Of a stretch of 64,000 nt of DNA, positions 55,453 through 64,000 are shown in pieces (the first letter of the stretch is position 1; every line of letters starts with the position of its first letter). Where the stretch lies: positions 159,651 to 223,650 of IMG/VR virus record IMGVR_UViG_3300027985_001318; one strand, 5' to 3'. Below the pieces are notes generated by a model. It worked only from the letters and a program-made list of their open reading frames with translations. It was not told where the DNA came from and made no database searches. The position numbers and the translations under genes are program-made.

Positions 55453-56121
55453 ATGGAACTGAAAACTTTGAGAAGAATGGATAACGTTAGACGGGTAGAT
55501 GACTGCGGTTATCGTGCCGCTAACGGTAAAGGTGAAGATCCAGCTCTGATTCTTTCTAAAGAACTTTTGGCTAAAATCCGCAAGTGGTTGGAAACCAGAA
55601 AGGAACTGCGGGCTGTTTTTAAAGGCGCCTTTAAAAATCAAATGGCGTTTCATCGTTGGAGAATGGAGCGCTATCCGCACCCTCGTTCTGATTTCAGATT
55701 CTTTCACCTTTGCACTCCGGAACAATTCTGTCCAGTAAACGTAAATAGCTTTTACTGGATACCTAAAGACTTGGTCGACTTTTTTACCATGATAGGTAAA
55801 CAGCCATCCGATGGCTGCGAATATCACGGAACTGTTAAAAGTAAGAATGGTGAGAGTTTCTATGCTACTATTAGTTATTTAAAAACGCGCAGTCATTTAG
55901 GGACTATGTCTACCGAACTGGGCGCTCACTATCTTTGGCAAGAAGCCAAACTTAAAGCCCTCCGTGACTTACATCGTCGCTACCGCCACGAGGTTCACGA
56001 ATGTGTGGCTGTCTGGATCGAGAGTTGGATAATAACTTTCGAGAATGACATCTACCATAAACGCCCCACCCTATTTAACCAAAACAACCAACAAGGAAAT
56101 GACAGCAATGAAAGTATTTAA
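55453..56121 (+). CDS. Degenerate HNH-like/AP2-like protein, paralog of the upstream gene
   Basis: YHGTVKSKNGESFYATISYLKTRSHLGTMSTELGAHYLWQEAK AP2-like block. Confidence 0.5.
   Translation: MELKTLRRMDNVRRVDDCGYRAANGKGEDPALILSKELLAKIRKWLETRKELRAVFKGAFKNQMAFHRWRMERYPHPRSDFRFFHLCTPEQFCPVNVNSFYWIPKDLVDFFTMIGKQPSDGCEYHGTVKSKNGESFYATISYLKTRSHLGTMSTELGAHYLWQEAKLKALRDLHRRYRHEVHECVAVWIESWIITFENDIYHKRPTLFNQNNQQGNDSNESI
56082..56113 (+). repeat. 32-nt translation-initiation repeat, copy 2
   Basis: Identical to 29214-29245. Confidence 0.9.
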
Positions 56122-56602
56122 CCTGATCGCCCACGTACTCCCACGTACTCCCGCTGAAACCAAGCCGCTGGCCGTGTTCAGTCTGCTTCGCACCATGGTA
56201 CCGCAAATTGAACTGGCCGACTCGCTGACCGCTCTGCTGAGCGAGATGTCCGAGATCCCCTACCAAATGGTCCTGCGCAACGCGCTCTATGTCCAAGAAG
56301 ATCAGTCCAATGAAGACATCGATCTGCTTTGCTTCGCCGCGTTCATGGCCACGCAGAAGCTGAACAGTTACGGTATCGAAGATACCAAACTGATCGAAGG
56401 TGATGTAGTTGAAGTCGACGTTAGTGAAAGTCAGTACAAGGTTGTTTTCACCATCGAAGATCTGACCGCCAAGTACGCGGCCGAGGACTACAGTTCTCCG
56501 AAGCCGAGCTACTTCATCTTCTGCAATCTCCGCAATCCGAACGTCTCCGGCGAAGTAGCCGAGTATCCGGAAGAGTTGCCTGAAGAAGGCATCGACGAGT
56601 AA
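56099..56602 (+). CDS. Hypothetical acidic protein
   Basis: AAGGA RBS; start 56099 or 56108. Confidence 0.72.
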   Translation: MTAMKVFNLIAHVLPRTPAETKPLAVFSLLRTMVPQIELADSLTALLSEMSEIPYQMVLRNALYVQEDQSNEDIDLLCFAAFMATQKLNSYGIEDTKLIEGDVVEVDVSESQYKVVFTIEDLTAKYAAEDYSSPKPSYFIFCNLRNPNVSGEVAEYPEELPEEGIDE

Positions 56603-56626
56603 GTTAACGAAAAGGGAGGTTTCGTT

Positions 56627-56971
56627 ATGGATCTGGAAGGATTGTCGTTATTTGCAGAATCTGTAGCGGAAGCCGTTACCTGTCGTTTGCAATCCTGGAA
56701 AATGGAGGACATAAAGTCCTCCATGCTTTATGCTCACTGTTACGATAAGGACGGGACTATTCGAGTCGATATCTATCGACCTCTCGATAAACCACTTTTT
56801 CGTTTGGGGAGCATGCGATTAGCTGAATGTGATCTCATAAACGGAGTTGGGCTGAAACTCATGCCTGATGGTAGCTGGCGTCCGCTTTACGATGAGTTCG
56901 AACGACTGTTTGGGAAAGAGTTCGATCCAACTTTTCCTGATTTTGAACGCATAGCTTACGTCGACTTGTAA
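56627..56971 (+). CDS. Hypothetical protein
   Basis: GGAGG RBS, 114 aa. Confidence 0.7.
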   Translation: MDLEGLSLFAESVAEAVTCRLQSWKMEDIKSSMLYAHCYDKDGTIRVDIYRPLDKPLFRLGSMRLAECDLINGVGLKLMPDGSWRPLYDEFERLFGKEFDPTFPDFERIAYVDL

Positions 56972-57046
56972 AAAATAAGAGGAGGGCGAAAGCCCTCCTC
57001 TTTGTTCAGTCCTCAATTTTATGGTTGTTTATGAAGCTTTGAGGCC

Positions 57047-57940
57047 ATGATGTACGAAGAATATCTGAAAAAGAGAATGGACTCACATGGCAATGGAATC
57101 ATTACCCAAATAAGTCCATCCACACCATTCAATACGCCGCACTCGACGACAAAGGTGCGTTTTGAAATATATAACAAAGAAGGGGGTTATGAAATTACCT
57201 TCGGTAACTTACAGCCTTTGCTGGTTACCGAAACTAGCCGAGCCAATGCTATTTCTAGCGTGGTTGGCTATGGTTGGGAACTGATAGGGATGGGCGCAAC
57301 CTGCGTAATTGTTGACATTCTTGACTACAGATTTTTCTGTGTTCCAGAACACAAACTTAAGCCCAAGATCGATTACCTACAATACGTACTCGGAGCTCTC
57401 AGCGAGCGTATTAACTTTGACGTACCTGGAGCTAAAAAATCCGTAAAGATTTGGGCCCCAGATCTCCCATTCGATGGCATCGAACTGCAGTACTTGCCTC
57501 CGGAAAGGCAGGGTTCGGTAAATCCTTATCTGGGAAACCTTGGTAAGTATTTGTCGGCGGTGTTCGACAAGCCAATCCAACTTAACCATAAATCGACAGA
57601 GAACCTGGCTGTCGTTAATAATCAAGTTTTACCTGGCTATACAACTATAACACATTTCGAGCAACTGGAAGGTTTTGTTAAATATAGAAATCCTACCTAC
57701 AAGATCGCGATATCCAAGTTGGGTTTTGTTGATCTGGTAGAGTCCAGACGCTTGCGTATTACGGGGCCCTCAACAGCTTATTACGATATCTCTATCGCCG
57801 ATCGAACTTACCGACTACATCTCTGGTCGGTCGAGACCCCTGCTCCGGAAACTTTGGAGAAGGTCCGTAAAGTATTGGTGGAGATGTTACGGGACTTTAT
57901 CGTACATGTATCTGTACGGTACGAGTCTTCGTTAACTTAA
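57047..57940 (+). CDS. Hypothetical protein
   Basis: 297 aa between two terminators. Confidence 0.72.
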   Translation: MMYEEYLKKRMDSHGNGIITQISPSTPFNTPHSTTKVRFEIYNKEGGYEITFGNLQPLLVTETSRANAISSVVGYGWELIGMGATCVIVDILDYRFFCVPEHKLKPKIDYLQYVLGALSERINFDVPGAKKSVKIWAPDLPFDGIELQYLPPERQGSVNPYLGNLGKYLSAVFDKPIQLNHKSTENLAVVNNQVLPGYTTITHFEQLEGFVKYRNPTYKIAISKLGFVDLVESRRLRITGPSTAYYDISIADRTYRLHLWSVETPAPETLEKVRKVLVEMLRDFIVHVSVRYESSLT

Positions 57941-58024
57941 AAAAAGGAGGGGCGTTCGGCCTCTCTTTTTTTTGCTTGAGAACACTAACCTATGAAGCGC
58001 AATTAATTTTATCGAGGGGTTCGA

Positions 58025-58828
58025 ATGACTAACTTTATTGCTAGCTATCTTAGCAAAGTATTGTCGGTGGAAGATAACGCGCCAGTGAATCAGGAGATTG
58101 AGCACGTTAGCTATTATCGACTTACTGACCTAGGACAGCTTCTGACGGCTGCTCGAATGATCGAGCAGGAACAGTGGGAAATTAAAGTACCTAAAACCGA
58201 ATTGAATAAATACGCGGCTAGCGTCCGAGTAAGACGTGAAGAACGTCGCGATGGCTGTAATCGTGAATTTACACTAACCATCAAATTACAAATCCCAGGT
58301 AAGGCCGGGCGTTTAGAAGTAAATGAACGCATTAATGACGTAACCTTCGATGCTTTTAAATCTCTTAGCTCTAAAGGGATGTTGAAGCTGCGCTGTACTG
58401 TGCCGGTACCTGGGACTGAGAACACCTGGCCTGAAGGTAAATTTGATGATTTCGACCGGGCTCTCTGCTGGGAAATAGATGTTTTCTACGCAGAGGACAA
58501 CAAGACGTTGTTCCCCTGGGTAAAAGTAGATCTTGAAGTACCCAGTCAGGATTATCTGCAGAACCTACCGGAATTCCCATTCTCCCATGAACGGGCCATT
58601 ACTGCCCCTTATGGGCAGCGTACTGAAGAAGACGAAGCGTTGGTTTCCAGTTTCTATAACGGTCCGTTTATCTACACCCACGAACGTGAGGCAATGATAG
58701 CGGCATCGGCTGAAAAGAAAAAGGAACCGGCAGAAAATCCTGAAGGGTATACCGCTACTGCGGTGACCGAACCTACTGAACCGACCACTACCGACGAGGC
58801 GGGTAAGCAAGATGAAATCAGCAGCTGA
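58025..58828 (+). CDS. CYTH-like (triphosphate tunnel metalloenzyme) protein
   Basis: EIE, VRVR, LTIK, RLEVNE, WEIDVF, VDLEV motifs in CYTH order. Confidence 0.72.
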   Translation: MTNFIASYLSKVLSVEDNAPVNQEIEHVSYYRLTDLGQLLTAARMIEQEQWEIKVPKTELNKYAASVRVRREERRDGCNREFTLTIKLQIPGKAGRLEVNERINDVTFDAFKSLSSKGMLKLRCTVPVPGTENTWPEGKFDDFDRALCWEIDVFYAEDNKTLFPWVKVDLEVPSQDYLQNLPEFPFSHERAITAPYGQRTEEDEALVSSFYNGPFIYTHEREAMIAASAEKKKEPAENPEGYTATAVTEPTEPTTTDEAGKQDEISS

Positions 58829-59003
58829 GTTTTTCTATCAAACGTTTCAGCGTAACCGTACTGAGTTGTCTTTATACCGCCTCAGACACTCGTCCTGCGC
58901 TTTCTGTAACACTATCTATGCGAAGCTACTGGCCAGGATTGAAAGCGCCGCTAGCTCCGCTACGGAGCGTTTACTGGCCTTCGTGAAATCTAGCGCCATC
59001 TGA
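58812..59003 (+). CDS. Small hypothetical protein
   Basis: 63 aa overlapping the CYTH stop and ending before a hairpin. Confidence 0.35.
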   Translation: MKSAAEFFYQTFQRNRTELSLYRLRHSSCAFCNTIYAKLLARIESAASSATERLLAFVKSSAI

Positions 59004-59078
59004 GAGCAACCACGATGGGAGGCTTCGGCCTCCCTCTGTTATTTTGCAAAATAAAGGAAGGGCCGAAGCCCTTCCTTT

Positions 59079-59717
59079 TTAGGCCTTATTCAGCAAACCA
59101 ACATAAAACTCATTGGCTCCCAGTACACGTTCGGCCCAGCCGTTAGTGAAACGCTCGTTAGCTTTGCGCTTACGAGAGATCTCGACGTAATGGTGCGAGT
59201 GTTCGCCGATCACCAATTGCAGTAACCGCAACAACCCACGCTGACCGTTTTTCTTGTAAAAAGCATTCAGTGCCTTCACCGTCTCTCCGGTGGCCGACAA
59301 CTTGCCATCTTCAGTAACATCCGGATAGTCTTTCTCTTCTCGATTCAAGACGTTCAGGACGATCTGCAGAGACAGGGCAGCGTTGCTTCGGCCGGCGTTG
59401 ACACCAAAGTCAAAGATACGGTCTGCGATAAACGGATGGATTTCGTGCAAAGCGTCGCAAGCCAAGCGATCCCACCAACTAACCTTGAAAATCCAGATAG
59501 CCATTTCGGTAGTGAGATCGATCATCTTGCCGTTCCAGCCGAACAACTTCACCAGATCTGCTTTGTGTTCGGCAGCAGTTGCGGCGGTAATACCACATTT
59601 GGTTTCACCACCCAAGTCGTTGGGGTCGTTTACATACCCGGCTTCGACGTTAACACAACGACCGATGATTTTATCTCGAACGAGATCTGCAACTTTGGTG
59701 ATTACGATTTGTGCCAT
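59079..59717 (-). CDS. GH108 lysozyme with peptidoglycan-binding domain (endolysin)
   Basis: EAGYVNDPNDLGGETKCGIT, FDFGVNAG, FTNGWAER; GGAGG RBS before ATG 59717. Confidence 0.9.
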   Translation of the reverse strand: MAQIVITKVADLVRDKIIGRCVNVEAGYVNDPNDLGGETKCGITAATAAEHKADLVKLFGWNGKMIDLTTEMAIWIFKVSWWDRLACDALHEIHPFIADRIFDFGVNAGRSNAALSLQIVLNVLNREEKDYPDVTEDGKLSATGETVKALNAFYKKNGQRGLLRLLQLVIGEHSHHYVEISRKRKANERFTNGWAERVLGANEFYVGLLNKA

Positions 59718-60109
59718 AATTTCCTCCACCAGCTCTTCGGCCCAAACCAGACCACGCTGTAATACATCGCGTAAAGATATTTGTTGGAAATACCACAACG
59801 TTTAAGGTTTGTTTTAAACGTAGCTCTGGCCTCTTCGACTGGAAAACTTATGTCATAAACACACATGTAGTCGTGAATAATGACTGCCGGCAAATAACGA
59901 CCAAAGCTCGGGACGAGGTTTTGAAAGAGACGGGGCACGGTGGCCCCGTCGGTGATAAACCCAGCAGGTATCGTAACCTCTGGGCTGTAGAGATCCATCG
60001 ATAACTTAGCTTTCTTTTTGGAGCGCAAGAAAACCAATGGAATCTCTTCTGGGAACTCGAAGACGTCTATGCTTTTACCCTCCAGGCTACAGCCATCTAT
60101 CAGCAGCAC
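59702..60109 (-). CDS. DUF1353-family protein
   Basis: IPAGFITDGATVPR..GRYLPAVIIHDYMC. Confidence 0.8.
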   Translation of the reverse strand: MLLIDGCSLEGKSIDVFEFPEEIPLVFLRSKKKAKLSMDLYSPEVTIPAGFITDGATVPRLFQNLVPSFGRYLPAVIIHDYMCVYDISFPVEEARATFKTNLKRCGISNKYLYAMYYSVVWFGPKSWWRKLWHKS

Positions 60110-63038
60110 TTACGATCTCAACGCTAACTGAGATACTACCGGCCGCCGTACCAGTTTTGATATTGCCATCACTACCCATGGCAGTATTACGATATACGTA
60201 GAGACCACCAGGGAACAACGCCAACCGGCACACCTCACCGTAAGAACCTGCTCCGATAACTACACAACCTTCAGTCCCGGCAGTAGATCCTGATGGAGAA
60301 GCCAATTGCAACCCAGTAGCGTCACCGGTGGGAAATACGCCGTATTTAGGGTTAGATCTACCAGTTATGCTACCGAAAGACAACATACCAGCGAAGTAGC
60401 TCCACCCACCAGTAGACGTACTACCACCCCACTTTACTTTAGCGTGATAAAACGAACCGTCACCGATGACGTTGGTGACGAAGGTCCACTCCCCAGCCAT
60501 TGCGGTAACAGAGCCAGAAAACTTAACGCGCCGGGCTAGCATCTTGTTCAACATCTGATAAACGCCACGCACTGTAGCGTACTGGAGACTTTGGGTCGGG
60601 TAGCCATCTGGGCTGTCTAGATAATCGTACATGTCGCTATTACTAGCCTGAGCGACGTTGACCACACTACCCAATCCCACTTGAGCCTTAGTAACCGAGT
60701 GCGGGTTGTCAGTTCTGGATACGTGAGCAGAAACTGTGCTCCACCCTACGTTGTTCAGGTAACGGGCAATCGCCTGGAAGGTACGCAGTGGGGTCATGTA
60801 GAGCCCGTTACTGGTACCAGCCTCGGCGTCGGTCTGAGCTGCGATGCCGTAGTTAGCGACCGAGCCCAGACCAACCTGCGCCTTAGTAACCGAGTGGGGG
60901 TTACTGGTGTTGCTCAAGTGGGCGGTTACACTACTCCACCCTACGTTGTTCAGGTAACGGGCAATCGCCTGGAAGGTACGCAGTGGGGTCATGTAGAGCC
61001 CGTTACTGGTACCAGTCTCGGCGTCGGTCTGAGCTGCGATGCCGTAGTTAGCGACCGAGCCCAATCCCACTTGAGCCTTAGTAACCGAGTGCGGGTTGTC
61101 AGTTCTGGATACGTGAGCAGAAACTGTGCTCCACCCTACGTTGTTCAGGTAACGGGCAATCGCCTGGAAGGTACGCAGCGGGGTCATGTAGAGCCCGTTA
61201 CTGGTACCAGTCTCGGCGTCGGTCTGAGCTGCGATGCCGTAGTTAGCGACCGAGCCCAATCCTACATGTGCTTTAGTGGTGCCATGTGGATTGCTGGTAT
61301 TGTTGATGTGGTTTACTGCGGACGTCAGCACTGAAGCAGCGTCGGTACGGCCTAGATGTGCCGTTACGGCATAGTAGGTCGACCACGGAGTCATGTAGAC
61401 CGCATTGCTAGCACCGGAAGTCATGACTTGCGCTTGAGCCTGACTTGCTAACCCGTAGTTTTGCACAGAACCCAACCCAACGTCGGCCTTGGTGGTGCCA
61501 TGCGGGTTGGTGGAGATGCTCTGGTTAATGTGGGTAGCGAAATCATTGTAAACGCGTTTGTCAATCGCTTGCAATACCCGCAGCGGCGTCATGTACTTAA
61601 CGTTGGACGAGCTTCCGGTGGAAGTGACTTCAGCCTCGGCCTGGGTAGCAATGCCATAGTTAAGTACGTTACCTAGTCGGTTAATCACATACTCGACAAG
61701 CCTCAGCGGAGTAATATACGCCGCGTTGGAAGCCGTGGATGTGGTTTGTGCCGCAGTTACTTGGGCGCTGGTAGCAATCCCATAGTTTTCCACACTACCC
61801 AGACCCACCTGCGCCTTGGTGACGCCATGCGGGTTGCTGGTGTTGCTAACGTGTGCTTGTAACTGAGTCCCGCCACGAGCATCGATCATTTCAGCCACAC
61901 GGCGAATAGTCATGAATTTATTCGTCGGTAACGTAGAAGTCGCTGCAGTTGCCTGCGCTTCGGCTTGGGATGCCGTGGCGTAGTTATCGACATCAGAAAG
62001 ACCAACCTGAGCCTTAGTAACTGAGTGCGGGTTATCGAGTCGATTAACGTGACTGGAGATCAAATCTCCAGCTAAGGTATTGATAGCTTGCTTGGTCAAA
62101 TACGGGGTCATGTACTTGAGATTAGACGCGCCAGCGGTAGCTTCGGCTACGGTAGCAATGCCGTAGTTTTCCACACTACCCAATCCCACTTGCGCCTTAG
62201 TAACCGAGTGCGGGTTGTCGGTCCTGCTACTATGGCTAGAAACTATCCCACCAGCCAGTACCTGAATTGCAGCAAACGTGTTGTACGGGGTCATAAACAA
62301 AGTTTGCGACAGACCGGCGCTGGCTTCGGCGACAGTGGCAGTTGCAAAGTTATCTACCAGATCCAAACCGATTTGGGCTTTGGTTACTTTGTGGGGGTTC
62401 GCAAAATCTCCCAAATGTAACGTAAGTGCCTCAGCCTGGTCGTCGATAAGTTGCTGTAGTTCAACACGTAAGTTAGATATCCGCTGTCTGAGCAGTTCGT
62501 GGTCGTAGTAGTCGCCATGCATGATCGCGCCAGTCATGCGATCAATGGCAGCTATCATGTACTCGAACCCGTAAAAGTCATCCAGGTCGTGGTAGTGAGG
62601 TGATGGCGGGAAAGCCTCCAGCTTACCGATAATGTCACCCCAGGCGATAGCGCGATCATCAATCTCAAGTGCAGCCACAAGTTCTTGGATAACACTAACA
62701 GAGCTACTGAAACCGCCACCAACTACTTGGTAGTCTACCAGCAGTTCACCTTCGATATCGGCATTGGTGATCAGCACCGCGGCACAGATTTCCTGACCAG
62801 CTACCAAGGTGGCTTCTTGATACTGATGGAGGGCAATGTAATCGACATGCGCTATCAGAGCTTCGCCATCGGAGGCTTTACGAATAACGAGAGACTTGGT
62901 GTAAAAAGGACCGTAGTCCAAAGCAAACCCTCGAGAAGTGTCTCGAGGGACCGTATGAGATTCATTACCGATAGCGTTGCTGGAAGCACTACCGGTAAGA
63001 TCTAACGGATATTTGATAATGATTGGGGTCGCACCCAT
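60087..63038 (-). CDS. Long tail fibre protein
   Basis: Many H..NPHxVTKAQVGLGxVxNY..YMTP repeats; GGAGG RBS. Confidence 0.85.
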   Translation of the reverse strand: MGATPIIIKYPLDLTGSASSNAIGNESHTVPRDTSRGFALDYGPFYTKSLVIRKASDGEALIAHVDYIALHQYQEATLVAGQEICAAVLITNADIEGELLVDYQVVGGGFSSSVSVIQELVAALEIDDRAIAWGDIIGKLEAFPPSPHYHDLDDFYGFEYMIAAIDRMTGAIMHGDYYDHELLRQRISNLRVELQQLIDDQAEALTLHLGDFANPHKVTKAQIGLDLVDNFATATVAEASAGLSQTLFMTPYNTFAAIQVLAGGIVSSHSSRTDNPHSVTKAQVGLGSVENYGIATVAEATAGASNLKYMTPYLTKQAINTLAGDLISSHVNRLDNPHSVTKAQVGLSDVDNYATASQAEAQATAATSTLPTNKFMTIRRVAEMIDARGGTQLQAHVSNTSNPHGVTKAQVGLGSVENYGIATSAQVTAAQTTSTASNAAYITPLRLVEYVINRLGNVLNYGIATQAEAEVTSTGSSSNVKYMTPLRVLQAIDKRVYNDFATHINQSISTNPHGTTKADVGLGSVQNYGLASQAQAQVMTSGASNAVYMTPWSTYYAVTAHLGRTDAASVLTSAVNHINNTSNPHGTTKAHVGLGSVANYGIAAQTDAETGTSNGLYMTPLRTFQAIARYLNNVGWSTVSAHVSRTDNPHSVTKAQVGLGSVANYGIAAQTDAETGTSNGLYMTPLRTFQAIARYLNNVGWSSVTAHLSNTSNPHSVTKAQVGLGSVANYGIAAQTDAEAGTSNGLYMTPLRTFQAIARYLNNVGWSTVSAHVSRTDNPHSVTKAQVGLGSVVNVAQASNSDMYDYLDSPDGYPTQSLQYATVRGVYQMLNKMLARRVKFSGSVTAMAGEWTFVTNVIGDGSFYHAKVKWGGSTSTGGWSYFAGMLSFGSITGRSNPKYGVFPTGDATGLQLASPSGSTAGTEGCVVIGAGSYGEVCRLALFPGGLYVYRNTAMGSDGNIKTGTAAGSISVSVEIVSAADRWL
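60670..61260. repeat. Three near-identical 195-bp coding repeats inside the tail fibre
   Basis: Unit starts at 60670, 60865 and 61060; each encodes 65 aa. Confidence 0.85.
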
Positions 63039-63076
63039 TTTATCCTCCTATGGGGAGGTTACCCTCCCCAGAACCC

Positions 63077-64000
63077 TTAAGAAATCCGCCAAACGCCGTC
63101 CCAACAGTAGAACACGTATTCTTTACCAACGACGTCGCAAGTATAACTGCTAGCCGGACCAGCGTCACCGCTGCTGGTCGAGCCACCAACCTCAATACTC
63201 TGTTCAGCAGGAGGCATTACTATCAGATCGCTGGTAGCATGGTCAACGATTACTCGAATCTCACCTTCAGTGGCTACTGGCAGAGTCATTACAATACCTG
63301 AATACAGGATCCGGTATTTGGCGATGTTTTCTGCTGTAAACGACTCGACTGGCTTCAGTGGCAACGTATTGGCTTTATGTACCACCTGGGCTGCGTACAT
63401 AGCTACTGCCGGAGTAACGAATTTATCGGTTGCGCTAGAATCGACATCGGCATCTACCGCCGTGGCGTAGTTATCGACATCCCCCAACCCAACTGCTTCT
63501 TTCGTGATGCTGATAGCGCCAACGATAGCATCGACGATACGTTTAACTCCATACGGCGATACGTATACGTCTGTGGCGGTACCGGCATCGAGTGTTTCGT
63601 CATCAGCAAAGCCAGCGTTTACTACATCTCCCAATCCAATATCGGCTTTGGTCAGAGAGAATGCGGCCAGTACGTTGTCGATAATTCGCTTGACCCCGTA
63701 CGGCGATACGTTATAGCTGTTGGAGGTAGCCTCGTCCAGAGTGGCGTCGTCGGCAAAGCCTGTATTAACGACATTACCCAACCCGATAGAGGCTGAGGTA
63801 ATACCGTGCGGGTTGTTGGTGTCATTAACGTGATCGGCCAAGGCGATAGTAGTGCTTTGCACTGTGGCGCTAACCAATGCCATGGTGGTAGCCGGCGACA
63901 TGTAAAGATCGTCGGCCGATCCAAGAAGGGCTTCTTCTTGGGTGGCCATTGCATAGTTCTGTACGTTACCTAGGCCCAGTTGAATTGCAGTTACACCGTG
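63077..64000 (-). CDS. Tail fibre protein, 5'-truncated by window edge
   Basis: GLGxVxN repeats; frame open to the window end (HGVTAIQLGLGNVQNYAM). Confidence 0.8.
   Translation of the reverse strand, partial: HGVTAIQLGLGNVQNYAMATQEEALLGSADDLYMSPATTMALVSATVQSTTIALADHVNDTNNPHGITSASIGLGNVVNTGFADDATLDEATSNSYNVSPYGVKRIIDNVLAAFSLTKADIGLGDVVNAGFADDETLDAGTATDVYVSPYGVKRIVDAIVGAISITKEAVGLGDVDNYATAVDADVDSSATDKFVTPAVAMYAAQVVHKANTLPLKPVESFTAENIAKYRILYSGIVMTLPVATEGEIRVIVDHATSDLIVMPPAEQSIEVGGSTSSGDAGPASSYTCDVVGKEYVFYCWDGVWRIS

Noticed and set aside
60670-62220. Repeats as a CRISPR-like or non-coding array
   Set aside because: They are in-frame coding repeats of the tail fibre with no unique spacers
1-64000. 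tRNA, rRNA, integrase, transposase, reverse transcriptase or intron
   Set aside because: No cloverleaf-like intergenic sequence or diagnostic motifs seen by eye; tRNAscan and HMM searches would be needed to exclude them fully

Overview
This window is part of a phiKZ-like jumbo myophage genome, most likely infecting a gammaproteobacterium. The basis is: densely packed, mostly + strand genes; a recurring TATATTAC-type early promoter motif; internal-head-type proteins with S/A-x-E protease sites; and tail fibres with NPHxVTKAQVGLG repeats. It encodes dTTP-supply enzymes (thyA partial, dcd, folA, dut), an NAD-dependent DNA ligase, an SF2 helicase, dispersed lysis genes (signal-peptide SLT transglycosylase, GH108 lysozyme, overlapping spanins), two divergent Ig-anchored depolymerase/esterase proteins and several tail-fibre genes. 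The most notable accessory gene is a DUF1874/AcrIII-1-like ring nuclease with its catalytic motifs intact, in its own early transcription unit. Others are an SspB-like ClpXP adaptor next to a BCS1-like membrane AAA+ ATPase, a TAXI solute-binding protein, a LapG-like cysteine protease, and a CYTH enzyme that may be virion-packaged. I saw no tRNA, rRNA, CRISPR array, integrase or reverse transcriptase. All family calls are from motif recognition by eye, not database searches.
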